From Selaginella moellendorffii (Eukaryota; Plantae; Lycopodiophyta), in NCBI RefSeq assembly GCF_000143415.4, contig NW_003314294.1, positions 367,402 through 431,401 of the forward strand: DNA of 64,000 nucleotides, given 5' to 3'. The position numbers were made by a program, and so were the translations under genes. Position 1 is the stretch's first letter; each line of letters opens with the position of its first letter. Below are positions 34,945 through 45,600 of this stretch, one piece after another. The notes under the pieces were generated by a model, which was given only the letters and a program-made list of their open reading frames with translations, made no database searches and was not told the origin of the DNA.

Positions 34945-35540
34945 TGTTGTGTTGCATGCAACAACACTTCATTTGCTTAATAACAGTGTCATTGAAATTG
35001 ATCAGTAATTATAAACATGTTTATAATTTATAAATCAAGATTAATTTTATTTCATATTAACCACTAAATGGTAGAATAAAAAAAATATATTAGGAAGTGT
35101 TTAGGAAAGTTTATAAATTATAAGTACAAGATTAATCTAAATGAATAACAACCATTAAATGGTAGAATATCCTAAAATATTCAGGCATATTCTAGGTTTA
35201 TTCATTACCATCTCAACCCTCTATAGGTTTTTCTTAAGCAAACCAAAAAGTTAAAAATAATATTTGGTATAAACCAAGAATAAAATCAAATATTATAATA
35301 AATTGTTATGCCTTGCATATAGCAACACTTGATTGCTTAATAGTAGTGTTATTTTTACTTATTAATCCAATTGATCAAATAAAATTTATATTTATAAGCA
35401 TATTTGTAATTTATAAATACAAGATTAATCTTATTGCATATCAACCATTAAATTATAGAATAAAAACCGCTAAATGGTAAAATATTCTAAAATATTCAAA
35501 TATATTTTAGGCATATCCCTACAAGTTTGCTCAAAAACTG
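34945..35540. repeat. AT-rich dispersed repeat, two tandem units
   Basis: Same blocks as 12780-13085, repeated twice. Confidence 0.65.
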
Positions 35541-35696
35541 GCTTCTTAAATTGTTTATTAGATTTTTCTCTATAAAGAAAATCAAATCCAAGTCACTAGC
35601 GCGATCACGTTGCTAAGACGGCAATCAGTGGAAGAGGTGATTATTTTCTTCTGTCAGATCCAGCTTTCTGGAGCGATGGCGTTTGTCTTCCTCACT

Positions 35697-36853
35697 TCAC
35701 TGCCGTGATCTCTTTCTCTTGGTTGCATCCTCCCATGCATGGAGCACGTAGTCGATTATATCTTGCAATCCTACACCGTGCTTCACCTGGAAGCCAAGGT
35801 TACACACTAGTTCTCGTGGAGAAAATCGAGAAAAGAAAGCTCGACATTGATTTACCTGTGCAAAGACGAATGGACCACCGTCACGCATTCTCAACGCGTC
35901 CCGTTCCATCACTTTCAAATCCGCTCCAACAGCCTGCGCTAGATCCGTTTTGTTGATAACCTGTGCGTTTTCTTCAGTCGAGAGTGGAGCGAGCAAAATG
36001 AAAAGTAACTTACAAGGAGATCGGCTTGCGTGATACCAGGCCCGCCTTTGCGAGGAATTTTGTCGCCCCCAGAGACATCGATAATATAGATGATGTAGTC
36101 GGCTAGTTCCCTGCTGAAGTTTGCCGCGAGGTTATCTGCAAACAAGAAACGAGTTAGTTGCGGTAGAAAACAGTGTTATACCTCCTCCGGATTCGCACAA
36201 AAGTATGTCAGCCGAGAACTTCGTCGAGAGTTCTTCCAGTGGTCCCAAATTAATGCTGATGTCTTCTCGAATTGCAGCGTGGGGGCATCCACCAGTTTCG
36301 ACAGCTCGAATTCGTTCGGGGGCAAGAGCACCGTTTTTAACCAGAAACTCGGCATCCTCTCGTGTAAAAATGTCGTTTGTAACCTGCACGAACCAAGATC
36401 TCTATTTTGCTTTTGACTTCAAAGGGGCTCACTTACGGCTGCGATGCTGTATTTATCTCGCAAGGCCTGGCAAAGAGCAAGCATTAGAGCTGTCTTCCTG
36501 CAAGTCAAAACAAGAAGCAAGCGAAAGTGAGTCAAATTCACAGCAAAAAAGAGGAAAAATGTCACAGACCCTGTTCCAACCGGTCCTCCGATCCCGACAG
36601 TAAAAGCGCGCTCCTCAAAGTTGCGAGATTGCAGAGGCAAAGGTCGCCGTTTGAAGTAGCCAGGAGAATCGAGCTGCTCGTGCGTGTGAGGAGCCAAACC
36701 ATCATGGGAGTGGTAGAGCTTTCCATCCGGACCCTTCCACTCGTTGGCCCTGAAAGAAGAAACGAAAAAGGTTGGCTGCTAGACCCCAAAGAAACACACA
36801 TACCCATGAGCTTCGCCGTAATCGTGATCGTGGTGGTGATGGTGCTCCGCCAT
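35697..36853 (-). CDS. UREG: Urease accessory protein G
   Basis: His-rich N-terminus MAEHHHHDHD, P-loop GIGGPVGTG|[26 protein letters not shown]|[20 protein letters not shown]|VINKTD. Multi-exon. Confidence 0.97.
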
Positions 36854-37367
36854 AGTTGATCTTTTCCTCCCTCTTCTAACAGCCGAGCCGTCGATTTAAT
36901 TTTTTCCGATCGTATCGGTCAAATCAACTTAGAATAGTGGCTGTTTGCCTCGTGGAACTTCAGCGTCGGTTATGCTGCCTGCCTGTAGCATCAAACCACG
37001 ACCACCAATTACGTCGCAATCCAATCGCTCGAGAAACTCGATGAATTACCTCGATCAGCCTGCTGTGATTGAAAGCTTCCAGTATCACATTTTTAAAGAT
37101 TCCTGCGATGCGAAGCTGTCAATCATCCCACCTCCAACAAACTCTGCAGCTCTCATTTACCAATAATCACAGAGCTCCTTCTTAACCCGGCATGGCAGCA
37201 CCTCGATCGATAATCCTTCTCGCAAGGATCAACCTCGTGCTCCGTTAGTGCTATGGTTCTGTAGCCAAGAAAGGAAAGCACCTGTGTTAGTATATAAACC
37301 ACGCGGCATGAAGAGCTTCATCCAACCTCTTTTTGTTCCTTGTGCGCGTTTTTTCTCTTTCGCAAAG

Positions 37368-37742
37368 ATGTGGAAGACGACGACGATCGCTCTCTTGCTG
37401 GTTTTCGCGGCGCTTCAGGCTGAAACGACGAGTAAGCTCAAGTCTTTCTCCCTCCATCCTGTTATTGTTTTCTAAATCTTTCTGGTATCTACAGCCGTTG
37501 TGTATCCGTCCTTGTATCACAGGAAGTTGCTAGAGCAGCAGCCTGGCCAGCCAATCTCGCCGTTTCGGTCCGTTCCATCTGGTCCCGACGACCCTTTGCA
37601 CTACCACCGCCGTCGTGGACACAACGAGTGCGTAGCGAGCGAAGCAAGCGCCTGTTCATCTTCTTCTACTGCGCCAACCGTCGAAAAACCTTTTGCTAGT
37701 GCTGCTACTGCTACTACTACCACTGCCACTGATGGTCCATAA
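37368..37742 (+). CDS. CLE-like secreted peptide precursor (2 exons)
   Basis: TATATAAA at ~37291. Exon 1 is the signal peptide MWKTTTIALLLVFAALQAETT. The phase-1 intron 37432-37494 joins in frame to exon 2, which has RKLL and the CLV3-like motif RSVPSGPDDPLHY. Confidence 0.8.
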
Positions 37743-38022
37743 AGTTCCTGGTTTTCTAGTACTACTCTAGTGCCGAGATGATCAATGCACAAGCTATGTA
37801 TGTGCTCATTGTCACCTTCTAAGTAGATCGGCGTCTACGGAAAAGAGAGAGTGGTGATGGACTGTTTTGCTCCAATACTTTCGTCTCAATATTGCATCTG
37901 GTGGTCGAAAGATTCATAGAGCTGTTAGAAAGAAGAAGAGTTTCTAGAATGCTAAGAAAAACCGTGTACTATCGCCATTCTTGGGGGAAGAATAGGGGGT
38001 TGAATAGTACCTGAGAAAGGGC

Positions 38023-38286
38023 TCAGTCGCAAAATTGCTTGGGCTTGACGATGCTAACGCCGCTGACGCTCGAGCTCTTGAGCATTTCCAGCTGCTTGCA
38101 GCCCTTGTTGAGCAGGTACTCGATCTGGGTGAAATTCTTGCGCTCGATGCCTACCGCATTCCTTCGGAACTCGGCGCTCACGATCGCCTCCATCTCGCGC
38201 CGCGCCTCCGGCGCCTTGCTGCGGGCGACGCGGAGGAAGCTCCGGTAGAGACTGAGGACCTGACGCTGGAGCCCCGAGAGCTTCAT
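38023..38286 (-). CDS. SDHAF1: LYR-motif protein, succinate dehydrogenase assembly factor 1
   Basis: MKLSGLQRQVLSLYRSFLR..EFRRNA..RKNFTQIEYLLNKGCKQLEML. Confidence 0.9.
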   Translation of the reverse strand: MKLSGLQRQVLSLYRSFLRVARSKAPEARREMEAIVSAEFRRNAVGIERKNFTQIEYLLNKGCKQLEMLKSSSVSGVSIVKPKQFCD

Positions 38287-38408
38287 CACTGAAGAGCCCT
38301 AAATCTCTAGGGCTAGGTTAGCAAATTCAAAGCGATTGAATTCCCGCCATATTTAGAGGGCTTGCCAAAAGTCGTTTTGAATTAAAGGAACGCCCTAATT
38401 CTTTGGGG

Positions 38409-40337
38409 CTAAGATTCATAGCAGCAGAGATTGGAGAGCATCACGTATGGCGCGGACAGCCCACGCGTTAGAGGGCTCTCCGCCTCCATGGCGTTCTTGG
38501 CAGCCATGGCAGCCTTCTCCAAGCTCTCGTGGTAATTGGGCGCGCCCAGCAAGGCCGCCCACGTCTCCGCATCCGGCGCAAAAGGCATTGCCGCGATGAG
38601 TTCCTCCGCGTCGCGGATCCGCCCCGCTCGCGCGAGCGCATTGATAATGCACGAGTAGTGGTTCTTCGAGTGCGCCAATCCGTGTGCCGCGATCGCCAGC
38701 CCAAATTCGCGCAGCCCCTGCTCTCCCGCGTGGCCGCGCGCGGCTAGAACGCTCAGCAGCGTGATCTCGTCGGGCCGGAAGCCCTCTAGCGCCATGGATT
38801 CCACCAGCGCGATCGCTGACGCTGGATCTCCCGCCTGGGAGTATGCCGCGACGATCGAATTCCAGGATACGATGCTCTTGATCGGCATCGCATCGAAGAG
38901 CTCTCGCGCGCGATCCAAATGCCCTAGCTGGGCGTGCATGCTCAACAAGCACGTCCACGCCACCACGCCCCTCTCGGGCATCCTCTGGAATATCCCGTGC
39001 GAGCGGGGTATATTCCCGGCCGAGGAATATCCTTGGAGGATCGTGTTCCACGAGACATCGTCCCACTTGGGCATATTCTCGAACGTGGCATCGGCACCTT
39101 CCAGCTGGCCGTTTCGGGAGTAGAGAGCCACCATTGCGTTGTGCGAGACGATGTCTCTGTGGGGCATTGTCTCGAAGAGAATCTTTCCAGTGTGGAGATT
39201 CCCAGACTCGGCATATGCCGTAATCAGTGTGTTCCAGGAGATTACGTCCCAGCGTGGCATCCGGTCGAACATCTGCTGCGCATTCTGGAAGTGGAATTTT
39301 TCAGTGAATCCAGCCAGCATTGCGTTCCAGCTGATGGGATCTCTTCCATCCATCTCGTCGAAAATCTGCTTCGCCGATTCTGTGTCGCTCCTGTGGAACA
39401 ATGCCCGGATCATGAGCGTTGATGAAATTGTGTCTTTCTGCGGCATTGACTCAAACATGGATTGAGCTTTGTCCATCTCTCCGGTTTCAACGTGGCCAGA
39501 GAGAATGGCAGAAAATGTGATTGCATCCCTCTCTGGAATCCTGTTGAAGACATCGTAGGCTTCCTTGAGATTTCTGTGGTCTGAATAAGCTTGGATCATC
39601 GTGTTCCAAGAAACTAGGGTTTTCTCAGGCATCCAATCAAACAAGTTCTTAACATCATCCAAATGCCCAATTCCGGCATTCACTGCTATCATCTCGTTAC
39701 AAGAGACAACATTCCACTCTGGCATTTTTACAGCGACTTCTTTGGCTTCAAGTAACAACCTACTGTGATTTACTCCAGATACTGTGTTTCGAGAAGTGAT
39801 ATTCACCGAGGATGCCTGATTAAACACTTGGATTGTATCCTCCATTTTACCGCTTTGGGTAAATGCGGCAACAAGGATGATCCAAGAGAGTACGTTTCTT
39901 TCTGGCATTGAATCAAACAATTCCTTAGCTTCAACGTGATTTCCGTGGTGTGCATAGACAGTTATCATCGCATTGAAAGTTACCAGATCCCTCTTTGGCA
40001 TAGCATCAAACATGTTTCTCGCGGATTCCAGATGCCCATTCTGGGCATATGCGTGGATCATGAGGCTCCACGAGTATAGATTAAGTTGGCGGATGCCTAT
40101 GAATGCCTGGGACGCATCCTCCACGCTTCCAAGCCTTCCGTACACCTGGATCATCGTGTTCGCAAGAAACCTATTGTCGCAGTGATCGCTGTGGAGGATA
40201 TGGGCGTGGAGGCGCTTGGCATCGGCATAGTTTTTGCATTCTTTGAGGAGCTTGTGGAATCGGTCCTGCCCACGCAGCGCATTCATATCATTCGATGGAA
40301 TCGCCGGGGACGGAGCTCCAGCCCACCAAGGATTCAT
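38409..40337 (-). CDS. PLS-class PPR protein (SS-motif array, E domain)
   Basis: Intronless ORF of about 31-aa repeats (FD.MP..D.VSWN.MI.AY) ending HYSCIINALARAG..YVMLSNL. The start is either 40337 or 40286. Confidence 0.9.
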   Translation of the reverse strand: MNPWWAGAPSPAIPSNDMNALRGQDRFHKLLKECKNYADAKRLHAHILHSDHCDNRFLANTMIQVYGRLGSVEDASQAFIGIRQLNLYSWSLMIHAYAQNGHLESARNMFDAMPKRDLVTFNAMITVYAHHGNHVEAKELFDSMPERNVLSWIILVAAFTQSGKMEDTIQVFNQASSVNITSRNTVSGVNHSRLLLEAKEVAVKMPEWNVVSCNEMIAVNAGIGHLDDVKNLFDWMPEKTLVSWNTMIQAYSDHRNLKEAYDVFNRIPERDAITFSAILSGHVETGEMDKAQSMFESMPQKDTISSTLMIRALFHRSDTESAKQIFDEMDGRDPISWNAMLAGFTEKFHFQNAQQMFDRMPRWDVISWNTLITAYAESGNLHTGKILFETMPHRDIVSHNAMVALYSRNGQLEGADATFENMPKWDDVSWNTILQGYSSAGNIPRSHGIFQRMPERGVVAWTCLLSMHAQLGHLDRARELFDAMPIKSIVSWNSIVAAYSQAGDPASAIALVESMALEGFRPDEITLLSVLAARGHAGEQGLREFGLAIAAHGLAHSKNHYSCIINALARAGRIRDAEELIAAMPFAPDAETWAALLGAPNYHESLEKAAMAAKNAMEAESPLTRGLSAPYVMLSNLCCYES

Positions 40338-42565
40338 TCGCCAGGATCATCAAGTCTTGCGCCATCGCTGGGAATCTCACCCAGGGACGGCGAATTCACT
40401 CTCAGATTCTTAAGAGCAGGCACTCTAGCGACACGTTTCTAGCGAATCTCTTGGTGCAAATGTATGGGAAATGCGGGAGTGTTGACGATGCAGCGAAGGT
40501 TTTCGAGCGGATCAAGCGCCCTAACTCTTTTTCCTGGAGCATTATGATTCAAGCATATGCCCAAAACGGGCATCTTGCTCAAGCACAAGCTTTGTTTGAT
40601 CGAATGCCGGAAAAAAACCTGGAATCTTGGAATGCATTGATTACTGCTTATGCCAGATCTGGTAAACTGGAGAAAGCCCAAGAGATTTTTGACAGCATGC
40701 CTGTGAAGAACACCGTCACCATCAATGCGATGCTCTCCGCATATGCCTCAAACGGGCATATTGGCGATGCTTGGAATCTTTTCGAGACCATGGAGCATCG
40801 CGACCGAATATCCTGGAACACAATGCTTCAGGGATTTTCTCTCAGTGGTCAGCTTGCAAAATTAAAGGATCTTTTTGATGATATGCCATCTGCAGATGTA
40901 GTTTCATGGACTTGTGTGATTACAGCATATGCCCAACATGGGCATTTGGAATATGCCCGTGCCATGTTTGATGCGGCGCCCGTAAGGAACGAGGTCACCT
41001 GGAACTCCATGATCACTGCGTACGGAGAGAATGCCGATGTTTCGGAAGCAAAAGCTTTGTTTGATTCAATGCCAAATCCAAATGTTGTGTCGTGGAACGC
41101 TCTCGTCCAAGCCTATGTCAATGCAGATGATCTCCAAGGAGCAAAGGTGGTGTTTGATCGAATTCCGGAACCGAATGTTATTTCGTGGACCACCATTCTT
41201 GCTGCTTATGCCCAAAGCGGCCAACTTGAGAAAGCGAAGAGAATTTTCGAAGATATGCCGCAAAAGAACGTTGTTTCCTGGACTGTTATGCTCTCTGCTT
41301 ATGCCGAAAACGGGCATTTACGAGATGCGGAGATTCTCTTCGAGCATATACCACAAAAGAACAATCTGACTTGGAACTCAATGTTGCTGGCTTACGTCCA
41401 AAGAGGTGATATAGAGATGGCGAAGAGATTCTTTGACAAGATTCCTTCTCCATGTACAATAGCCTGGAACACAATGCTTCAAGTGTTTATCCAGCTTGGA
41501 AATCTGGACGAAGCTTTGGCTTTCTTTGAGCATATTCCCGATAAAAACTCCACGTCATGGACAACTATGATTCTTGCTCTCGCGAAGAATGGTCGAATAG
41601 ATGAAGCAAAAGATATGTTTGTAAAGTCACTACCTCTCTACGATCTTGTGTCTTGGACTGCATTGCTTGGCGGCTATGCTCAAACTTGCGATGGATTTGT
41701 GGAGGAGGCCAAAACAACCTTTGAAGCTATGCCAGAATGGGATATGGTAACGTGGAACACTATGGTCTCGGTTTATGGCTTGAACAATCGCCTAGAAAAT
41801 GCTAGAGCCTTGTTTGATTCCATGCCAGCATGGGATATAGTTACATGGAACACACTGCTTTCTATCTATGCCCAATCTGGATATAGCGAAGAATGTAAAA
41901 ACCTCTTTGAAAGTATGCCATTCTTAACAGCGATATCTGTAAATGCAATGATATTGGGGTGTGATTCTCTCCAGGAGTCCAAGAGTTACTTTGATACGTG
42001 CATACCTCCTGGAGAGAGGGATATTCTTTGCTGGAGTTCTATGATGCTTGCATATACCCGGGCTGGGCATATACTCAGAGCCAAGAGAATGTTTGATGGG
42101 ATGCCCGAAAAGGACTTGGTGGTGTGGAATATGATGGTGGAGGCGTATGGACAAGGTGGTCATGGAGACAACGCTGTGGAAGTGTTTAGAAAAATGGAGG
42201 TGGAGGGCATCAAGCCTGACAAGATTGCTTATGTGAGTGTCTTGGCAGCTTGCGGCCATGGAGGTCTTTTGGATGAGGCTTGTGCGAATTTCTCCAACAT
42301 GAGCGATGCGCATGGATATGTTCCTGAGGATCAGCATTTGTGTTGCTTGGTGGATGTTCTTGGGAGGACCGGGAAGTTGAAAGAGGCCGAGGAGTTGATC
42401 GAGGCTATGCCGTGTGAGATTGGATCCGTGGCCTGGGAGTGCTTGCTTGGAGCTTGTAAAATCTATAAGAATGCCGAGCATGGGCAAAAGGCAGTCCAGA
42501 AGATTGGAGCTTTGATACCAGAGAAGGCCACTTTGTACTTGTCTATTGAGGCTATATCCCAATAA
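40295..42565 (+). CDS. PLS-class PPR protein (SS-motif array, E domain)
   Basis: 756-aa intronless ORF with a long array of 31-aa repeats, ending HLCCLVDVLGRTG..WECLLGAC. Confidence 0.92.
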   Translation: MESPGTELQPTKDSFARIIKSCAIAGNLTQGRRIHSQILKSRHSSDTFLANLLVQMYGKCGSVDDAAKVFERIKRPNSFSWSIMIQAYAQNGHLAQAQALFDRMPEKNLESWNALITAYARSGKLEKAQEIFDSMPVKNTVTINAMLSAYASNGHIGDAWNLFETMEHRDRISWNTMLQGFSLSGQLAKLKDLFDDMPSADVVSWTCVITAYAQHGHLEYARAMFDAAPVRNEVTWNSMITAYGENADVSEAKALFDSMPNPNVVSWNALVQAYVNADDLQGAKVVFDRIPEPNVISWTTILAAYAQSGQLEKAKRIFEDMPQKNVVSWTVMLSAYAENGHLRDAEILFEHIPQKNNLTWNSMLLAYVQRGDIEMAKRFFDKIPSPCTIAWNTMLQVFIQLGNLDEALAFFEHIPDKNSTSWTTMILALAKNGRIDEAKDMFVKSLPLYDLVSWTALLGGYAQTCDGFVEEAKTTFEAMPEWDMVTWNTMVSVYGLNNRLENARALFDSMPAWDIVTWNTLLSIYAQSGYSEECKNLFESMPFLTAISVNAMILGCDSLQESKSYFDTCIPPGERDILCWSSMMLAYTRAGHILRAKRMFDGMPEKDLVVWNMMVEAYGQGGHGDNAVEVFRKMEVEGIKPDKIAYVSVLAACGHGGLLDEACANFSNMSDAHGYVPEDQHLCCLVDVLGRTGKLKEAEELIEAMPCEIGSVAWECLLGACKIYKNAEHGQKAVQKIGALIPEKATLYLSIEAISQ

Positions 42566-42620
42566 AAAGACCCTCGCGAGCGTCAACTCCAAATCGAAAA
42601 CTTGTAAATGAAGACGAACC

Positions 42621-45600
42621 TCATTTTACGGCTTCAGCCAAAGAGTTAAACTTTGATCCTTTGTCACGCAAGAGCGCCTGTGGATCACCTTGTTCTACCT
42701 GTAATGTAAACGCCATTCATGCTTTCCTAAAAAGTCTATTGCTTCACGTACCAGTCGGCCTCGGTCCAGGACGAGAACTCTCTGGAGATCAGAGATAGTT
42801 GAAAGGCGATGGGCAATTGTGACCACCGTAACGTCTTGGCATTCGTGCGCGATGGTTCTCTTTAAAAGGCGGGTTGTCTCCGGATCCACATTTGCCGTGC
42901 ATTCGTCCAAGCATAAGATCTGTAGCGAAAGTTCGTTATATTGGAGCAAACAAGACCAGGAGCTGGCTTACACGAGAGCGCTTGAGAAGCGAACGAGCAA
43001 GGCAGAGAAGTTGTCGCTGGCCTACAGAGAAGCTCTCGCCACATTCTCGTACTTGAGTATCCAGTCCCGCGGACTCCACTGCAGGCTTAAGGTGGCACTT
43101 TGCTATCATCTCCCAGAGCACGCAATCGCTGGCCTGTCCTGTTGGATCCAAGTTCTCCCTGACAACAGCAACATGTTAGAACTTTCCAGCCAGCACGTAG
43201 AAAAGCATCCTACCTCACTGTTCCTTCAAACAGGAAAGGACTTTGAGGAACGACCGAGAGGCTTTCTCGGAGTTGATGGAGGATGAGTTTTGAGATGTCA
43301 AAGCCATCTATAATGATTCTGCCAAAACTTATAGGCCTCAGTCGAAAGAGCGCACAAAGGATGCTGGATTTTCCTGCACCTGTTCTTCCTGCGATGCCTA
43401 CCTGCGGTATCATCAGCTTCAACGACAGGCTCTGGAAGTTTTTAATACCTTCTCTCCTGCAGCGATTTTGAAGGAGATGTTGCTCAGGGCGGGAGGTAAT
43501 TCAGGACGATACACGAGCTTTACGTTTTCAAACTCCACTTCTCCATTCTCTGGCCAGTTCTCGGGAAGATGGACATCTTCTAGTTCTTGATTGTCACCCT
43601 TTTCTGGAACTTCTATGTCGATCATTAGATACTGTAAGCATTATGTTAGAAGACAGGTTTTATAAAACTCACGAACCTGTTGCACACGCTCAACTGACAC
43701 CATCTCTTTCTCGGTCTCGGAAAATGCAGTGAGAAGATTGTTGAGAAGGGAAATAACTGGCGCAGCGTATGACAATGCCAAACCAATCTGTGTGGATCTC
43801 ACAAGAGAAACAAAGATGACAAAACTTCTTTCGCGTTTCATTACTATATACCAAACCAGCAGTCGTTGAGTTGATAAGTAGATCTTTGTCACGGCTCAGA
43901 ACAGCCATCATGCTCACGAAAAAGACTAGAAACGCTGCCATTATCTGCAAGCAAGCTAAAAACTGTCAGCCTTGGTAAACTCACAACGGAGCTGTAGCAC
44001 CTGGAGCCGAATGGACAGCCACAAGCTTGCTGCGATTTCAGAGAAAGACGCCCGCTGATTCGCTTCGACAAAAGTAACGTTTTGTGCCAAGAACATATCC
44101 TGGAAATGTATGAAGATTAACAACACCAAATGTGGATGAAAACCATCACAAACCTGTCGTTGAAATGCTCGGATGGTCGAGGCACCGTCTAGAGCTTCAC
44201 TGAATGACGCATATATTGGGGACCGGGACACGCTATCAAGCCGCCGCAGCTCACGAGACGTTTCTCGGTAGAATCTCTGCATTTTTTTTATGGTTTATTC
44301 TTCACGGTAAGAAAACCACCCAAGAGCGAACCTGAATCCTGAAATATATAAAACCGAGAGGTATAAGAAGCACCACGATTTCCCACTGAAAAAGAAACAA
44401 CGTAAGCCAGATTAAGATACCAGCCTGAAACTTACTTGGACAAGGCAGAGAACAATGAGAATTCCCAGAAGGCTGAAGCAATGCGCAAGTAATATATTCG
44501 CAATAAAAGGAAGGGAATCATCAATTGTATACAAATCCGAAGAAAACCTGCAATGACTATTGAGGCTTTGCAAATATAACACTCTTTACCTGTTAAGGAT
44601 GCGTCCAACGGGGTTCTTCTCGAAAAACAAAATCGACGCTCGAAGGATATTGTTTAGCAGAGTTTCATGCACTTGGAATGCTGCACGTAAACCTCCGCAT
44701 GCGAATGAAAATGCCCGCAGCAGAGTGAACAAGGAATTGAGACCACCTATAACAAAAAGAATTTTCTGCACAGTCGACGATCCATTCGTGGTCAAAGCAC
44801 AAAAAGAATGAACAACCCACCAAGTAAAACTTCACAGAATGATGATGATCATTACTTGAAGTTTTGTCAACCCAGTGAGCCAGCCACCAGTCGTTTCCAT
44901 TCTTTGTTGCCTGCATCAAGCTTGTACTAGCAACTGTTATTGCTAAGATGGAACAACCAGTAAAAACCGCATAAGTCCTGCACATTAAGCACGGATTAAC
45001 ACCAATATCAAGCACGGACGAAACAAGGGAGAGAATTAACCTGTAAACAGTTGCCTTTACTCGTCCATGATCTCGAGCTTCTTCCTCCACCAGAGAGAAA
45101 GATTTCGCTTCTCGATCGTTGCCGCAAAGCGTACGATCCTCATATGGCGTTACCTCTGTATCAACCTCGATCTCTGACTGGTTATTATCGGAGTTTAAGT
45201 GCTTGCACGGTGTGCTTGTAATACACTTTGCATGCCCGTTTTCCACGAGAACTACAATGTCAGCAAGCGATGCTGCCTGAGATATCAAACACATATCAGA
45301 TTAAACAAAGAAAAACAAACAAATCATCAACCTGGTGATGGTGTGTGCATAAAACTCGAGTCTTGTCGCGTAACAAAGGCCCTTGAATCGCGTGATGCAT
45401 AAGCCAGGCAGCTACATGTGGATCAACAGCGCTGAGCGGATCGTCAAGCAAGTAGATGTCACAATCTTGATAAATCGCCCTGTGGCCACGGCAGTTCGTA
45501 AAGCGCTGCAATTGTACCAGAAAAAAGATTCTCACCTTGCAAGTGCCAAGCGAGCCTTTTGTCCACCGGATAGATTGCATCCTCGTTCGCCTATCTCACT

